Notes under the pieces: generated by a model
What the model was told of the DNA's origin: nothing
Database searches by the model: none
The model's input: the letters and a program-made list of their open reading frames with translations, nothing else
Made by a program: the position numbers and the translations under genes
Source of the DNA: Dipteris shenzhenensis
Taxonomy: Eukaryota
DNA length: 64,000 bases
Strand: one strand, 5' to 3'
Assembly: GCA_047967505.1 (NCBI GenBank)
Contig: CM106538.1
Shown here: positions 1 through 14,110 of the stretch, piece by piece
Layout of the letters: each line of letters starts with the position of its first letter
Numbering within the stretch: the first letter of the stretch is position 1

Positions 1-2060
1 TTGTTTTTTATTTGTCATTTTCCTTAGGCTAGGTTAAAGTCTAGGTGATTTCCACTATAGTTTAGGTTCTTTTTTATAGATTAGTTTGCTAGTATTTTAG
101 CATGTAGTTCAATTTTGGCCTCCTATGTGATTTCCAACATCTTGCAGCAGCCACCTAGAGGTATGTTTTGTGGCTTGACAATTTACCAAAGGACATACTG
201 TTAACCATATATTTGCAAAGGACATACTCTTAACCAAATCATGATATATTGAGTGTATTTTTGCATGTATTTTACTACTAACCAAATCATGCCCCCTTCA
301 TGCAAAGGTCATGGTTGTTGTGTAAAACTACTTGTTGTTCGGTGTGAACTTTTGACTTTGTTAATCACATCCTCCTACATTTTTCACTTCCAATTTACTC
401 ACAATAATAAAGTGAGATATGTCCTTGTATGAAATATGAGTAGGATTGCAATGTCTCACATATTTTTTGTTTTGTTGAGCCTAATTTTCTATGAGAAAGA
501 TGTTGAAGATGATTTATTCTTCACATTGGAAGGTTCTTATGTGTCTCCTATTGTGATGGGCATAATTGCTATGACATTTTCTTGTGTAGTTGTGGACATG
601 AAGATTGATGTCACATTTCTCACGAAAAAAGTTTTTTGTTTGCCTTGTTACATCCTTATGCTATTGTCTCATTTTTTGAGAGAGATTTGTGTGTATCTAT
701 TGTTTTCCTTCCAGATGATGTAGTAAATTCAATTGCATTTTTGTGGTTGAGTAAGTTCTTTGTTAATGCCTCTCTTTTGGAGGTAGGTTCTTGTTGTAAC
801 TACCATCATTTACCTTAAAGCATTGATGCAATAAAGTCCATGGCATTATGATAGACTTGTGGTTGAGTAGGTTCTTATATTATTATCTCTTTTTTCATGA
901 TAAGCTCTAGTCTAACTACTCAATAGGAGTTATATAATGTCCTTTGTGTGTAATCCTCCTATATTCTGTGAGTAGATTCCTATGGGTCTATCACCTATTC
1001 ATGATGTGAATTTTAGAGGCTTGTTGGACACATCATCATTGTTTCTTGAAGATCATGGAATTGTACTTGTTACACATAGTACCTTGGGTCCCCAAATATA
1101 ATGCTTCCAAGGTAATATTCATGGGCATAGTGTAACTGTGGGAACCCAATGGTAATGTACCTTGCTTGTTGGATGGTGTTTCCTTGTTTTTTTATGTTGA
1201 GGTTTGTTGTTTACATGATGAGGGTGGCTTTAAATGTTGAGGTTTTGTTGGAATCCAAATATATGGTTCATCTTTATTGTATCCATGAGCCTCTAGTAGA
1301 TTTTAGACCCACATCTACTTGATTTCTCTTTTTCTTTGTTTGCTTTGTTGGTGACACCCTTATAGAGGTTGAGAGGTGGAAGTAGATGTCATTGCTTGAG
1401 TGTTGATCCATTTTCTAATGATTGGTACATCTTGATCATTTGGTTTTTCATAGAGAAATACTATGGAAGTGAGCATTGTTGAGAGGTGAGGTTCTTATAG
1501 AGGTCAAGAGGTGGAAGTAGATGTTGATGTCATTGCTTGAGTGGTGCTAATGATTGATACATCTTGATCATTTGGTTTTTCACAAAGCAATATTATGGAA
1601 GTGATACCCTTAGTTTTCAAGGTGGTTGTCCTTTCATGCCAACAAATTAAAAAATTAAAGGATCCAACTTCTACCAACTTGGATCCAACTTCTACCAAGC
1701 ACTATTGCTAATGTTAAGGCACTTGGAAGAGTTACAAAAGACTTGCAAGGCACAAGGTGATTGTCCATTGAAACATTCAACATTAAAGACCAATGACATT
1801 GATTGAGGTACCTCCTATGGATTGAATTTTAGAATCACATACTTCTAGGAGTATATGGGAGACATCTCGACCAAGAGATGAGGTTGTGTCTTGCTCGACT
1901 ACTATCTACCATGACCTGTATTTGACATCTTACACCTACTAATCTTAGCCCTATCCAAAATTGAGATGAAGACATACTTATCTCCTTATTATCCATGGAG
2001 TTATCAATTTCATGTTTAATTTAAATAGGTATTACCGCTCTTGTGGTGTAGAAAGGTTAG
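1..2060 (-). mobile_element. Degenerate Ty3/gypsy gag-protease-type internal fragment, paralogous to 28700-30060
   Basis: About 1010-2050 aligns by eye with 29165-30050 (e.g. TTTTAGAGGCTTG...TGTTACACNTAGTACCTT, GAGGTACCTCCTATGGATTGAA); many stops. Confidence 0.65.
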
Positions 2061-2079
2061 GTTGATCATTGTGTTAACT

Positions 2080-2450
2080 TTGCAACCAACCATCATGCTA
2101 GTGATAACTTATCTTGCACTACTACCATGCTATCCCTACACTACTTTTGTGCTATCCTAAAATTTGTTGCATAGTACTATACTAAATCAATGCCCTTTAG
2201 ACTATTTATCATTTCATTAACCGTCAAATTTCATCCCATGCTTGTTTTTAGTATATCCCAACAACCACTATGCTAGTTTCCCATAACAAATCCACACATC
2301 CTTCAAATCCATTCATCTTGTAATAATAGAAGCAAACCACCACGCTAGTGTGGCTGTTAATATCCTAGTGCAACCAACCACCATGCTGGCGATAACTTAT
2401 CCTACATTACTACCATGCTATCCCTACACTACTACCGTGCTATACCAATA
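2080..2450. repeat. CAACCACCATGCTAG-type repeat block, inverted partner of 4165-4660
   Basis: ATCCCATGCTTGTTTTTAGTATATCCCA (about 2233) is the reverse complement of TGGGATATACTAAAAACAAGCATGGGAT (about 4338, 4570); flanking sequence also matches in inverted orientation. Confidence 0.65.
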
Positions 2451-2875
2451 GACCTGCAAGATGTGCTGAAGAAGACAATGCACCTTTTTCCTGATATGAG
2501 AGGAATCATGAAAAGATTACGATAGGGTTGTGCACGAGCTTGCTGTGTCTTTTATGGTTTTGAAAAGTAGTCCATCGTCATGCGAGATTTCCAAACTAGA
2601 GTGGAAGTATTGGAAACGGCCCATGTTGATGTTTTTAGCATTTTAAGTAGCTTTAACAAATGCTGAGGGATTCAGATGAAGCTCTTGCACAGAGTGAGCA
2701 AAGAGTGAAGGAGATGGAGAACATCCGCAACCGTAGGATGAGGGAGGAAGGAATCAAGCTGCAATTTCATCATGTATAAACAAGACTATGGTATTGACAG
2801 CCATAATAGTTGAATTGGATACCTATCCTGCTATGCAGCAGGGTGATCTGCCATACCCCCATCTTAGATGACTAC

Positions 2876-3799
2876 GGGGAAAATCTATTGGCGAGCTTTT
2901 TAATGTGAGCTTTTTTATCATTTCCTTTACTTTTACGAGCTTTTTTTAGAAATCCATACGTGTCTTTGTTATAAGAAAGATGGGGAGGTTAGAAAGAGGG
3001 GGAGAGGATATAGGATATGTTCATTTTCATAACATGTGGGAGGGGTGGAAGAGTGTATACTATGCACAAGGGGGGGGTAGATATGAGTGGCAGGAGGCAA
3101 AAAATTGTGGAAGATATGTCCATATTCAAAGTAGAAGGGAGGAACTATGGGAGATATGTTCATTTTCAAAGTGTATAATTTGAAACTTTTGACCTCATAT
3201 TTGGATTCCTCGTCAAATTCCGGTCATTTTGAGTACCAGCATGACCATATTCCAATTAAAATAGGCCCAAAAGAGCCAAAATGACAAAAACACCATTTTT
3301 TCAATTTTTATCGGAATATGGTCATGCTGGTCCTCAAAATGACCAAAATTCAATGAGGAATCCAAATATGAGGTCAAACCTTTCAAATTATACACTTTGA
3401 AAAGGAAAAATTTCCCACATGTTCTCCCTTCCCCTTTGCATTTAGTAGATGAACATAACTTTCACATTCCTCATCCTCTCTCTCCTCCTTGCACTCCTCT
3501 TTGCATACCTTATAAGTTTCCCCTCTACGTTCTCCACTATGATTAATGAATATATGTTCCAACTCCCCTCCTCTCCCTTCTCCATGCCACCTTACCCATG
3601 TGCCCATCCCTCCCCCTTTTCTTTATCTCCCCTCCCCCCCCTCTCTCCTCTTAACCGCAACCACAACCACAACCCAAACTTTCAACCCACCCCACTCCAT
3701 GACCCCCCCCCTCTCTCTCTCAGGTGAATGAAAAGCTCGCAATATTCATGAAAATTGAAAAAAAGCTCGTGATAAAAAGCTCACCAAAAAATCACACCC
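2876..3799. mobile_element. Non-autonomous foldback DNA transposon (MULE-like MITE, 924 bp)
   Basis: Imperfect TIRs GGGGAAAATCTATTGGCGAGCTTTTT and revcomp GGGTGTGATTTTTTGGTGAGCTTTTT. Degenerate 9-bp TSD GATGACTAC/AATGATTGC. Internal palindrome about 3160-3410. Confidence 0.7.
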
Positions 3800-4164
3800 A
3801 ATGATTGCATGATCTAATGGACTGTGTGCTACGATCTGGTGCATGTTTTTTGCTTTGGGGTATTTGTACATGTAAGATTATGATGTAGAGAATGCCACTT
3901 GCCATTGCCCAGGTTATCGACGGATCAAATGTGCCTCCCTGCTATAGCTATCTTTGGTAAAATATCATCGTATTTTAAAAAAGTAAAAATCTTGCAAGCA
4001 TTTCTTGGACTTGTGGACTGTCTCGGACTACCATCACCCATGATCTATGGTGCTTGTAATACCTGATTTTGTGTCAAACTGCTTCCATGTTAGTACTTAA
4101 ATGTTTTAAGTAGTCCGATGGTTGAAATATGATAGTTAAAGATAATGAGTCTAAAGGGGACTAT

Positions 4165-4660
4165 TTTAGTATAGCACTGTGCAATGAATTTTAGGATAGT
4201 GTGATGATAGTGTAGGATAAGTGCTCGCCAACAGGGTGGTTGATTGCATTAGGATATTAATAGCCACCAGTGCTATACTAGATGAATGGATTTGTGGATT
4301 TGTTATGGGATTTAATCAAACCAGTGTGGTGGTTTTTTGGGATATACTAAAAACAAGCATGGGATTTATCGTTAGGAATTTACAAAAATAGTTTAATAAA
4401 ACTAGTGCATTGGTTGTTTGGGATATACTAAAAACAAGTAACTATAGGATTTAATAAAACCAATGCGGCGGTTGTTTGGGATATACTAAAAACGAGCCTC
4501 AAACGAGCATGGGATTTATCGTTTGGGACTCGCAAAAACAATTTAATAAAACTAGCATGGTGGTTGTTTGGGATATACTAAAAACAAGCATGGGATTTAT
4601 CGTTTGGAATTTACAAAAATAAGTGTGGTGGCTAGTTTGGGATTTACTAAAAGAAGCGTA
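4165..4660. repeat. Tandem degenerate repeats GGTTGTTTGGGATATACTAAAAACAAGCATGGGATTT (4-5 copies)
   Basis: Copies near 4330, 4412, 4470, 4562 and 4635. Confidence 0.8.
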
Positions 4661-4779
4661 GTCTCAAATACTTTTTCTATTTTCTAGGATAAGTGGAATA
4701 TTGTTTCCTTGCAATGAGACTACATTTTCTTAGTACTATCTTAGTCGTCCTCGTCCACCGCTCCATGACACCCCAAGAT

Positions 4780-7700
4780 ATGACCATGCTTGTCTAAAAC
4801 TAATTTGAAGACACTCTTGTCATTCTTTTGTTGTGGAACATGTTGCATCTGGAACTTAATAGCTCTTACTAGATGAGAGTACACAAATGTTTGTGGACTC
4901 TTATGTAGCAATCATAATTGCGGCCTCTCTTAGATGGATTTTTGTACAAAAAATCTCCAACTACTACATCCCACTTCTCATAGTTTGTTTTCCAATTATC
5001 CTTAAATGCTAGCTTAACCTTATGCTTAGGTTTTGTGCACTACAACAAAAAGTATAAGTCATCTCCCTTGTTCTCCTAAGAGGCAGCAATAATTGCAAAG
5101 TTATCCCCCTCTTCCAGATAGTCATTGAGGTCATCAACTCCCCAAATTGTGGCGAGTCGTTGTTTGTCTCTCCATTGTTTGTCACTCCATCTGAATGTAG
5201 AGAAAAAACTTGAACTCACTCCCATGTCTTCACAGTTGCAATGTTCTTACAATCGTCATGATTCCCTATGATGCATGCATTGTAGAAACAAGAAAGATTT
5301 CTTATTTTAATCAGTTGGTTGTTTGAAAAGCCCCATATGCTATGTAGACCAAGAACTCCTTTAATTTTCTTGCAATTGTGCCGGCTTCTTCTTTGCACTT
5401 TATCCACTTTCACTTCATGGAACACTCTGTGTACTACACTTTTCTTAAGGCTTTGCTTACTGTATGTTGAATGCATGCCTATGGAGAGGTTGGTTGTAAG
5501 CCATGTTACAACATCATGGGCATCATTGAGTTTTTCTTTAGGGCATGTTAATTGGTGTTTAAACAGAGTTTGCTTAATAGCAACACCACATCCATCATGT
5601 TCACCCTTGCCATGGCTAGACCCAAAGAAATTCCACATCATGTCTACACCGGTCAAAGATTTGAACCTTGAGACAAAGTAGAATCCACAAGCTAATTTAA
5701 ATTGACAGGAAGCACCATCTGACCACACCCAATGTTGTTTTATATTTTCTACATGGGGATTTTCCTTTTTCAGCCATTCCCAATGTAGTAGAAAAGCATG
5801 CGACACAAATAAGGTGTCATGCTCCCTATTGTCTGAAATGTAGAAATGGTATGTGCATTACATTGACTTGGACTCTTGTAAGTCAGCAAGTACATTGGCA
5901 TCAGGCATAGAAGAATCAAGCAAATGACTATACATGATATGCGAAAGAATTGTTGCCTGCTTGTTGTACCAGTGAGCACTTTATATCTCATCTTGTTCTT
6001 GAAATGAATAATTTTAGCAAAATCTACGACAGAGACAATAGTGTCATGGGGAAAATTAGCAAAGTGTGTCCTAAATTGCTTATCCTACCGACTAGCCATG
6101 AAATTGTGAAGCACATATTTTGGGATGGATTGAACCATGTGACCTATAAGCTCCCTTCACTGAGTGCTCTTATATGACAATAGCCATCTCTTTTTATCAG
6201 ATCCTTCAACATTAACATTTTCAAATCTCCTCCAATTTAGAGCAACATGGTTGTCTTCCCTCATTCATTTGGACAGACATAAAATGTATTCTTCTTTAGC
6301 TTTAAACTACAATACTTGCATGTGCCATGAATGCATTCAATATGATGCCACTCATAGTCTCCCTTTGGACAAACCATTGGCTCCCACAGAGACCTTAGGC
6401 TACAACACCTACTCTCCCTTGCAACAAACAATGAGGATCCAGGTGGCCTACAGACTGGGGATTCATTGGGGAGACAAGGGCATCAATCCCCATGGAGCAA
6501 AGGTCCAACATGACTAGATCTCAAGTCATTCATAGCTTGCCGAGCTAGGTCAAAGTCTATTTGTGTTTTGCAACAAGCAACATTCCTGTCTTTGAGTTTC
6601 CTAATGTACCAGGGATTACACTACTCAAAGCTCCTCTACCCAATTGAAATGTCTGAATTCTGATCTATAAACTTGAGATAGAACTCCATCTGCTAACCCA
6701 ACATGCGAGAACAATAGAACAATGATCCCTCTTTTAAATAGAACAATAGTATAGTGAGCCCCCTTTTTGCACTACTAAAATAAGACAAAACACAATCTAA
6801 TTAAAGTATATAATGAAGCAAAACAATCTTCAACCATCGCGCTAGTTTAGGACAGTCATAATTTCAACTACGGGGCTGGTTTAGAACAGTCATAATTTTA
6901 ATCACCGGGCTAGTTTAGGACACGCTTAGGACCAGTCAACCACCAAGTTGGTTTAGGATAGTCACAATTTCAACTACCAGGATGTTTTAGACACTGTCAC
7001 AATTTTAACCACCGGGCTGGTTTAGCATGACGGTCTCAACTTCACATATTAGACAATAACAACTATATTGCTTTTCATTTTTGAATTTCGCAATTAGAGA
7101 TAACAATGTATTGCTTTTCATTTCTGAATTTCACAATTTCAGTTAATAACTACTGTTTGTCTTGAACTAGCGCTGGGCTGATTTAGGACAATCACATTAA
7201 GTCCAAGACGTCCCAGTCTAGAAATAGTGGTATGTGACCTAAATAGCAAGAAATTAAATTTAACGAGTTTAAATACTAAGAAACACAATAATTTCAACCA
7301 CCGGGCTAGGCAATAACTAATGTCTGTTCAACCACATTGGTTCGGGACAATCGCATACATGGTGATTCAGCTAAAGTAGCATGGTTGCATCATATTCTAG
7401 CCACCGAGCTAGTTTAGTAAAATAATAATATATTGCTATTCTGTTGTGAAATATATTGCTGTTAACTTTTGCTCAACCATGCCACCAAGTTGGACAGCAA
7501 CTAATGTTTGTTCAACCACACTAGTTCAGGACAATCACATAACCGACGATTGAGCTGAACCAGCCTATGGTTGCATGATGTTCCAACAACCGAGCTAGTT
7601 TAGGACAATCACATTTAGTCCAAGCCTAGTTTAAGAAATAAAACAAGTAAGCTATCCCAAAGCTCAATCACAAACAACCACTGGGCTTGTTTAGGCACCA

Positions 7701-8540
7701 CTGAGCTGCATTTTATCAAGCATGTGTATGATCTCTACATGATGTGCTCCTCAAACACCTTGCATCCCATACACTTTTTATAGATGTCCCTTCTATTTTG
7801 AGAAACTCTTGTATTTTGGTTTCAAAACATAGTCACTATAGCAATGACTTCCTCACTCAGGCTGCTTTTCCTTTTCTTGCATTTTGAAGCCCATAGACTT
7901 CTCGGATCGAGATGATCGTGCATTGCTCCTGCTCTACGTTCAACTGCTGGAGCCACACTGGTCCTTTTGATTGATAACATCTTTGACATTATGCAGCCAA
8001 GCCATTTCTCCTTTATGTCAAGGGACACCAACACAGCTAATGTCATCCTCTTTACAGCTAGTTGATCTAAGCTGTGCATCCCTTTCACTTTCTATAGGCC
8101 ATTTCTTAGGTTAAAGAGCATCATCGCCTCTTGGGTGTGCATCTCCTGAGGTGTTGGTAGGGTTGTTACTCAACAAACTTTAGGGTGTAGGCTAAAGCTT
8201 ATGAAGACTCAAGACTGGTAATCACCTGGATGGATTGATGTTGCTGCCTCAAATGCTCCCACCAATCGTGACACCACAACTCGTGTTCTTTGCTCTGATG
8301 GCAATGATCAAATGCATGCACCTACAACTACTTCCTGCTACTGCTCTACAAGGAGCCTTCTTTCTTCTCATTGTTTATCCCTTCGTACATGTTGTAAAAG
8401 TGTCTTTCATTGCCGTTTCGATACCGTGCCATCTCTTTCCTCAACCCACAATCTGTTCCTTGTGCCTTGAAAAGGCTTTTCATCTTTCATGTGTCGTATC
8501 CTCTATTTGCTTCTCTTCCATGCTGCCATTGATGCCATGG
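4780..8540 (-). pseudogene. Degenerate Sola2-like DDD transposase, interrupted by a repeat block at about 6710-7730
   Basis: Minus-strand motifs: TRVSQNRRD; F..CNPWYIRKLKDRNVACCKT; VDFA(E)NYSFQEQDEI(Q)SAHW near 5970-6030; WSDGASCQFK...WNFFGSSHGKGEHDGCG in ORF 5216-5806. The DFxEN / SDG..QFK / HGKG..DG triad matches Sola2-type transposases as I recall them. Frameshifts and stops present. Confidence 0.65.
6780..7720. repeat. Degenerate minisatellite of CAACCACCGGGCTGGTTTAGGACA-like units inserted in the transposase
   Basis: More than 10 related units visible between 6830 and 7710; coding homology resumes on both sides. Confidence 0.7.
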
Positions 8541-9110
8541 CCACAATCAGTCCAGAATAGACTCAAAGAAGCTAGTTGATGAGGCAATAAATAAATAAAA
8601 GGCAACTTACCTGAAAGAAGAAAATGCCAAACCAAATTCTACGCAAGGTCACATCAAGATGCATGCACGTTGCATGGCGGGGGCAGGTTTCAGATACTTA
8701 ATCTTCCAAGATTTGAGCGGCAAGAGTGTGAAATTTTCAGCCGTCGGTTTTTCCCCCTCTAGCAATACATGTCAGCAGAATTGGATATCCCAAAGAAGTG
8801 CAATGTGGCCTAAAATGCTTCAAAACACAAATAGGCCAAAGGGCACGCTATCACATTTGATGTTGTGTATTATGAAATGCAATGACCTTTGGCATGCTTA
8901 TGAGCCATATAGCAAGCAAGTGCAAGGAAAAAAAACAATTCAAAATTGCAAATAGTGTTGGATTTATCAAAAGATCTTTGCACATGCACAAATTACACAT
9001 TTTTAACTTTTTCCATTTTAGGGTGGGTCTAGATACGAATACCAACAAACTATCAATGTTTTAAGACCATCATGCAATAGTCCCACTAGTTTGGATTTCA
9101 AGTTTTCACT

Positions 9111-9342
9111 CCGTTTTGGTTTTCAACAAATCAAAAAAAAGTTATGAAGCATTGCATCACTTTAGCACAACATTGGAGGCCCATTGATCCATGCCTAATG
9201 TTCTCATTTAGGTGTGTACTTGGGTTCCGTTTTGGTTTTCAACAAATCAAAAAAAAGTTATGGAGCATTGCATCACTTTAGCACAACATTGGAGGCCCAT
9301 TTATCCATGCCTAATGTTCTCATTTAGGTGTGTACTTGGGTT
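9111..9342. repeat. Tandem duplication, 2 x 116 bp
   Basis: CCGTTTTGGTTTTCAACAAATC...GTGTACTTGGGTT at 9111 and 9227, about 2 mismatches. Confidence 0.92.
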
Positions 9343-9744
9343 GAGGATAAGCTCATGTAGTGTAATTTTGAATGATTACGTGGTTGCATGTATGTACTGA
9401 ACAAATATTTGATGTTTTTGAATAAATTGCTATATCCTATAGTCTTTACGATGCATGCTTCACATGCAACATAGCACTTGTAATGCTTTAACGGTCTCGT
9501 TCCAAATTCTTATTCCATAATTTTTTGGTCTCATGTTCAATTTTGGAATGTGTATTAAAATGTGAAGACAAAGTTTGCTAAATTCTGTTGAGCAATGCAT
9601 AAGTTATGGGTCATGCAAGATACCTATTTACAGAAAATTTCCTAAACCTCACCAAAAATGGCTACACCTAAGCAAACAATGACCCTTTAGTACATAATAA
9701 AAAACAAGACAAAATGTACATGGTAAGTTTTCACATAAATGAAA

Positions 9745-10070
9745 CGAGTCTTAAAATGCTCACACTGTTCCAATACAGAAGAGAATGTGCACACTAAGTG
9801 TAGCAACTCTTAGAATGTTCACACTATTCCATGAAGGGATAGAGTGTACACACTAAGTTATGTCAACTTGTTAAAATAAACCTAAAGTATACACATCCAC
9901 TTTAATACTTACGTAAATGAAGACAATCTTAGAATGTTCACACTGTTCCATTACAAAACAGAATGTGCGAACTAAGTATAATGAGTCTTTGAATGTGCAC
10001 ACTAAGTATAATGAGTCTATGAATGTTCACACTATTCCATTTTAGAATAGAGTGTACACACTAAGACATA
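9745..10070. repeat. Short tandem repeats GAATGTGCACACTAAGT / GAATGTTCACACTATTCC
   Basis: About 9 alternating units visible. Confidence 0.75.
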
Positions 10071-11114
10071 TTAATATACAAAGAATAATAACATTAAAAA
10101 TTAAAATGCAAATTAAAAGTACAAAGTTCTAATTATAAATATTACCATTTTAGAAGATATCACTTGTTTATACTACTCCAGGAAATTTTTATTTTAAAAA
10201 ATCATGTCATGTTATCGATTTCCATCCTTTTTGTCTTGAAACAAAGCAAATCTATACAACATAACTAGATTCACATACAGTAAATTATAAGCTACATTAT
10301 AGTATAGGGTCAACATTTTCTTGGGTGTAGCCAATCACGAAACTATTTTCTCGGCCATTTTGGGGCCGCAACGCGATGCACTTATAGGTGAATATTAGAA
10401 TTTTGCACCGACCCACGCTCGTCAAAATTTTTTTCGATGTCATGAAGGCGCACTGGCGTAATAATGAGACTTAATCTATTTGTCATGAACACCACATAGC
10501 TCGATACATGACATCTCTGCACTGCTTTGTGCAACACAGTCTCTGGCCTACGTCGCTTGATCTCTTATCATCATGCAGCCTTTTACTGCCACAACTTTGC
10601 CACCTGTCACTCATTGGGCACTGCACCCATATGGATCATTAAAATTGAAGTTTGGCTTAGAGAGACCACCGCGCTAATTCTTGGCATAATAATTAGATGC
10701 AATCTATCACTTTGAACACCGCTGCAGTGCTGCTGACCACCTGTCATCGTGCAATCTTTTGCGGCATCTTTTCTTGTAGCCCATGTAGATCATAGGTTGG
10801 ATTGGAGAGACCACCATGCTGGTTTTTGGCATAATAATGAGATGTAATCTATCATTTTGAGCATCACCTTAGCGCAGTCTCTTGATGACCTGTCATCATC
10901 ACCCAGAATTCAAGGTTGTCTTAAAGAGACCACCGCATTGGTTCTTGGAGGTTATAGCTCTATTACCTATTTTTACGGATTACATGAGGAGGTTTATGAC
11001 GACCAGCGCACTGGCAAGTAGAAGGAGATCTATGAAAGCCACTGCACTGGTTCTTGGAGTTATATATTTGTGTACCAAGGAAAATGTATTCCGTTGTGCA
11101 ACCAAGCAAAATGC

Positions 11115-11266
11115 AATTGACGATATGACCCTTGAGGGGTCCCCTTTAGGGGCAAGGGCCATATCGACATGCCATTTCTGTCCAGTGGCATCTTGGATAT
11201 TGTATAATGCACATTGATATGGCCCTTGCCCCTAGAGGGGACCCCTTAAGGACCATATTGTCAATT
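11115..11266. mobile_element. Small hairpin MITE-like element (arms about 55 bp)
   Basis: AATTGACGATATGACCCTTGAGGGGTCCCCTTTAGGGGCAAGGGCCATATC and its near reverse complement ending at 11266. Confidence 0.7.
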
Positions 11267-12409
11267 TATTTTTTTCAAATTTTAATTGTATTTTTCTAGA
11301 TGTATCTCCATGCAACCACAATGGTGGGTTGTTGGAGTTATTATAGTGCCATTTTGGTCATAAACTAAGGAAATTGAAGGGAAATTGTAATCGTTTTTTC
11401 TTGCTATTTTAGTCCTTGTTGTTGCAGTAAATATAAATGAGAGCAAAAGTATAATTTATTGAGTGAAAATTAAGCAAAAGAGATTACAATGTACATCTAC
11501 ATCCAATAACAAGTTATATAAAAATTACCAACTTATATCGAGCAAAAATTGAATAGAGGTTCTTACATTTATAAAAACTTGGAAATTGCTCTGAGAGCCT
11601 TAAAGGCCAAAAGATTATAGTAGCTAGTAGCCATAACCATTCAAATTTAAAAGTTAACAACAATGCATACTGAGAGCCTCAAATTGAACAAAAACATATT
11701 ACATAAATGTAATAAAAACTCAACAATTGCTGAGAGGTTTAGAGACCAAAAGATCGTTGAGAGCCTTAGAGGCCAAAAGATTACATCCAGCCATTGCTGA
11801 GAGCCTCGTCTAAGCAAGAGGGAGTTTGTACAACTCAGTTTTCCACCAATCTGGCTTGTTGCATTAAAAAATTTAGGGAGCCAAAGGAGGATACGATGGA
11901 GAGGCCGAAGACCATGCACATTGCTAGGACTTAGATTATGAACCCCCCAAGAAGTCAAGAGTACTCTACTATGAAAATACTGAGGCCTTCATCGACATCT
12001 AGGGGGAACCCTTACATCACAGCCATAAAGAGCCCCTCTATGAGCATGTCATCTAAGGTGGTGACATGCAGATATGTGGGGACTCGACTATGGGAATGAA
12101 GGGTCTCCACTAGTGCTAGCGTTTCTACTCCAGGTGAGTGCAATACAATCACCTTATATGAGAAGGCAGATAACATTGGGATCATAGAGCATTGAGGGGG
12201 CATGGTAGTGGGCATGCTGAAGGTGAGTGGGTGAGCAGCAGATGAATAGGGGAGCAGATGAGTGATGAGAGTTGAAGAGGGAGAGTGGAGCAAAGTAGAG
12301 CAAGGACAAAAAAGAGCTAGAGGAGGGGTGTGGAGCAAAGTAGCAGAGTAGGGGCACATGACAGCAATGTAGTAAAATGCCAAATGTCACAGATCTTAAA
12401 TATATTATA

Positions 12410-13340
12410 AAGTTTGAGCCACCATGGTGGTTGGAGCCTAAGGTTCCATCCATATTAATTGCAAGCCACAACAGTGGAATCTTAGGTGCCACCCTAGACA
12501 GGCTAGTAATAATGAAGAAGATGCCATGTGGTGCCACTCTGGTGGCTGGTAATTAGCTGCCAGCCTGGTGGAATCTTAACCACAATAGACGTGGCTGATG
12601 AGAGCCACCACCACTAGGCAGTAATTCCCACAAAGACAAATCATGAAGCTCTAATCACTCATTACCATGCACTCTAGCCTATACTGAGCATGCGAGCTTG
12701 GTGACTGGTAATTTTTACTACACCCATAGTGATCATGCATGCTTAAGCCTGCTGATGGTGGGTGAGTGGTGGCTAGTAATTTTAACTACCATCCCAATGG
12801 AATTGTAGCTATGACAGACGTGGCTATAATCACTTGTTACCATGCACTCTAGTACTCTATTGAGCATGCGAGCCCGATGAGATTGGTAATTTTTATTGTA
12901 CTCGTAGTGATTATGCATGCTTAAGCCTGGTGGTGGATGAGCGGTGGCATGGTGGAATCGTGCCACACGACAGATGTGGCTGATGACAACAACCACCACC
13001 ATCGAGTAGTAATTCCCACAAAAGTAAATCATGAAGCCTAATCACCTCTAATCCCTCATTACCATGCACTCTATACTCTCTTGAGCATGCAAGCTTGGTG
13101 ACTGGTAATTTACTGCACTTGTAGTAATCATGCATGCAAGCTCGATGGTGGTAACTGGAAGCTGAGTAATTGCGGGCCACTGCGGTGGTTGGTAATTAAC
13201 CGCCAGCCCGGTGGGTCTTAGCCACCACCACAGACATGGCTAGGAATATTAGATGCCACCACCTCTAATCATTCATTACCATGCAAGTTAGTACTGCCAC
13301 TTTGAACTAATTAAAATTCAGGCCAACCACCTTAGTGGCT
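12410..13340. repeat. Degenerate tandem repeat block (ATTACCATGCACTCTAG...GAGCATGCGAGC units)
   Basis: Units recur near 12660, 12836 and 13058, with shared ACAGACGTGGCT motifs. Confidence 0.65.
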
Positions 13341-14110
13341 CTCACCTTGATAGTGTAGTTGAGCTACAAACCGCTATTCCATTCCCTTAACCGTTTTGTC
13401 TTCTATCCCTCTCGACCTTTCGTTCTCCCTTGCAATCTCAAGCCTCCACTATTCCATTCTCTTCACTGCTTCGTCTTCTATCCCTATCGACCATTTCTTT
13501 CTCCCTTGCAACAATCGGACTACAAACTCAAGCCTCCACTATTCCATTTCCTTCATTGTTTCATCTTCCATCTCTCTACCATTTCTATCTCCTTTGAAAT
13601 CTTCTTGCAAATTCTATCCCCTCTCGTAATGGACCTGCACAATCCAAGACCTCCTCACACAATCTTTCCTCCCCCATTAGGGGAGAAATGGGGTCTCCAA
13701 AGGGCCTCGTAAGGAAATGATTAAGAGCGGGATTAAGCTAATTAGAAATGAATCCACTATGGTAACCCATGGGCTAAGGGCCCCTTAGCATTGATTAAAT
13801 TTTTTCTTGGGATAGGCCTCATTAAGAGGGCTTAGGTGACTGCCCAATGTGTGCCCTTGATCTTAATTAAGATCAAAGGCTAAGATGTGTGGAGGAGGGT
13901 TTGAATTAGAGCCATCGATGAGTGAATCAAGATGGATGGTTAAGATCTAGGCACATAATGGAGGGCTAGGATGGAGAGGCCTTTCAAGTTGGGCCCTTGA
14001 TTAGGATCATGATGGAGGGCTCACAATGAGGCACCTAATAGAGGGCCTAGATCAAGTCAAAGCTCATTAATGCTCCTTTTGGCCACCCACATTCATGGAG
14101 TACCACATCC

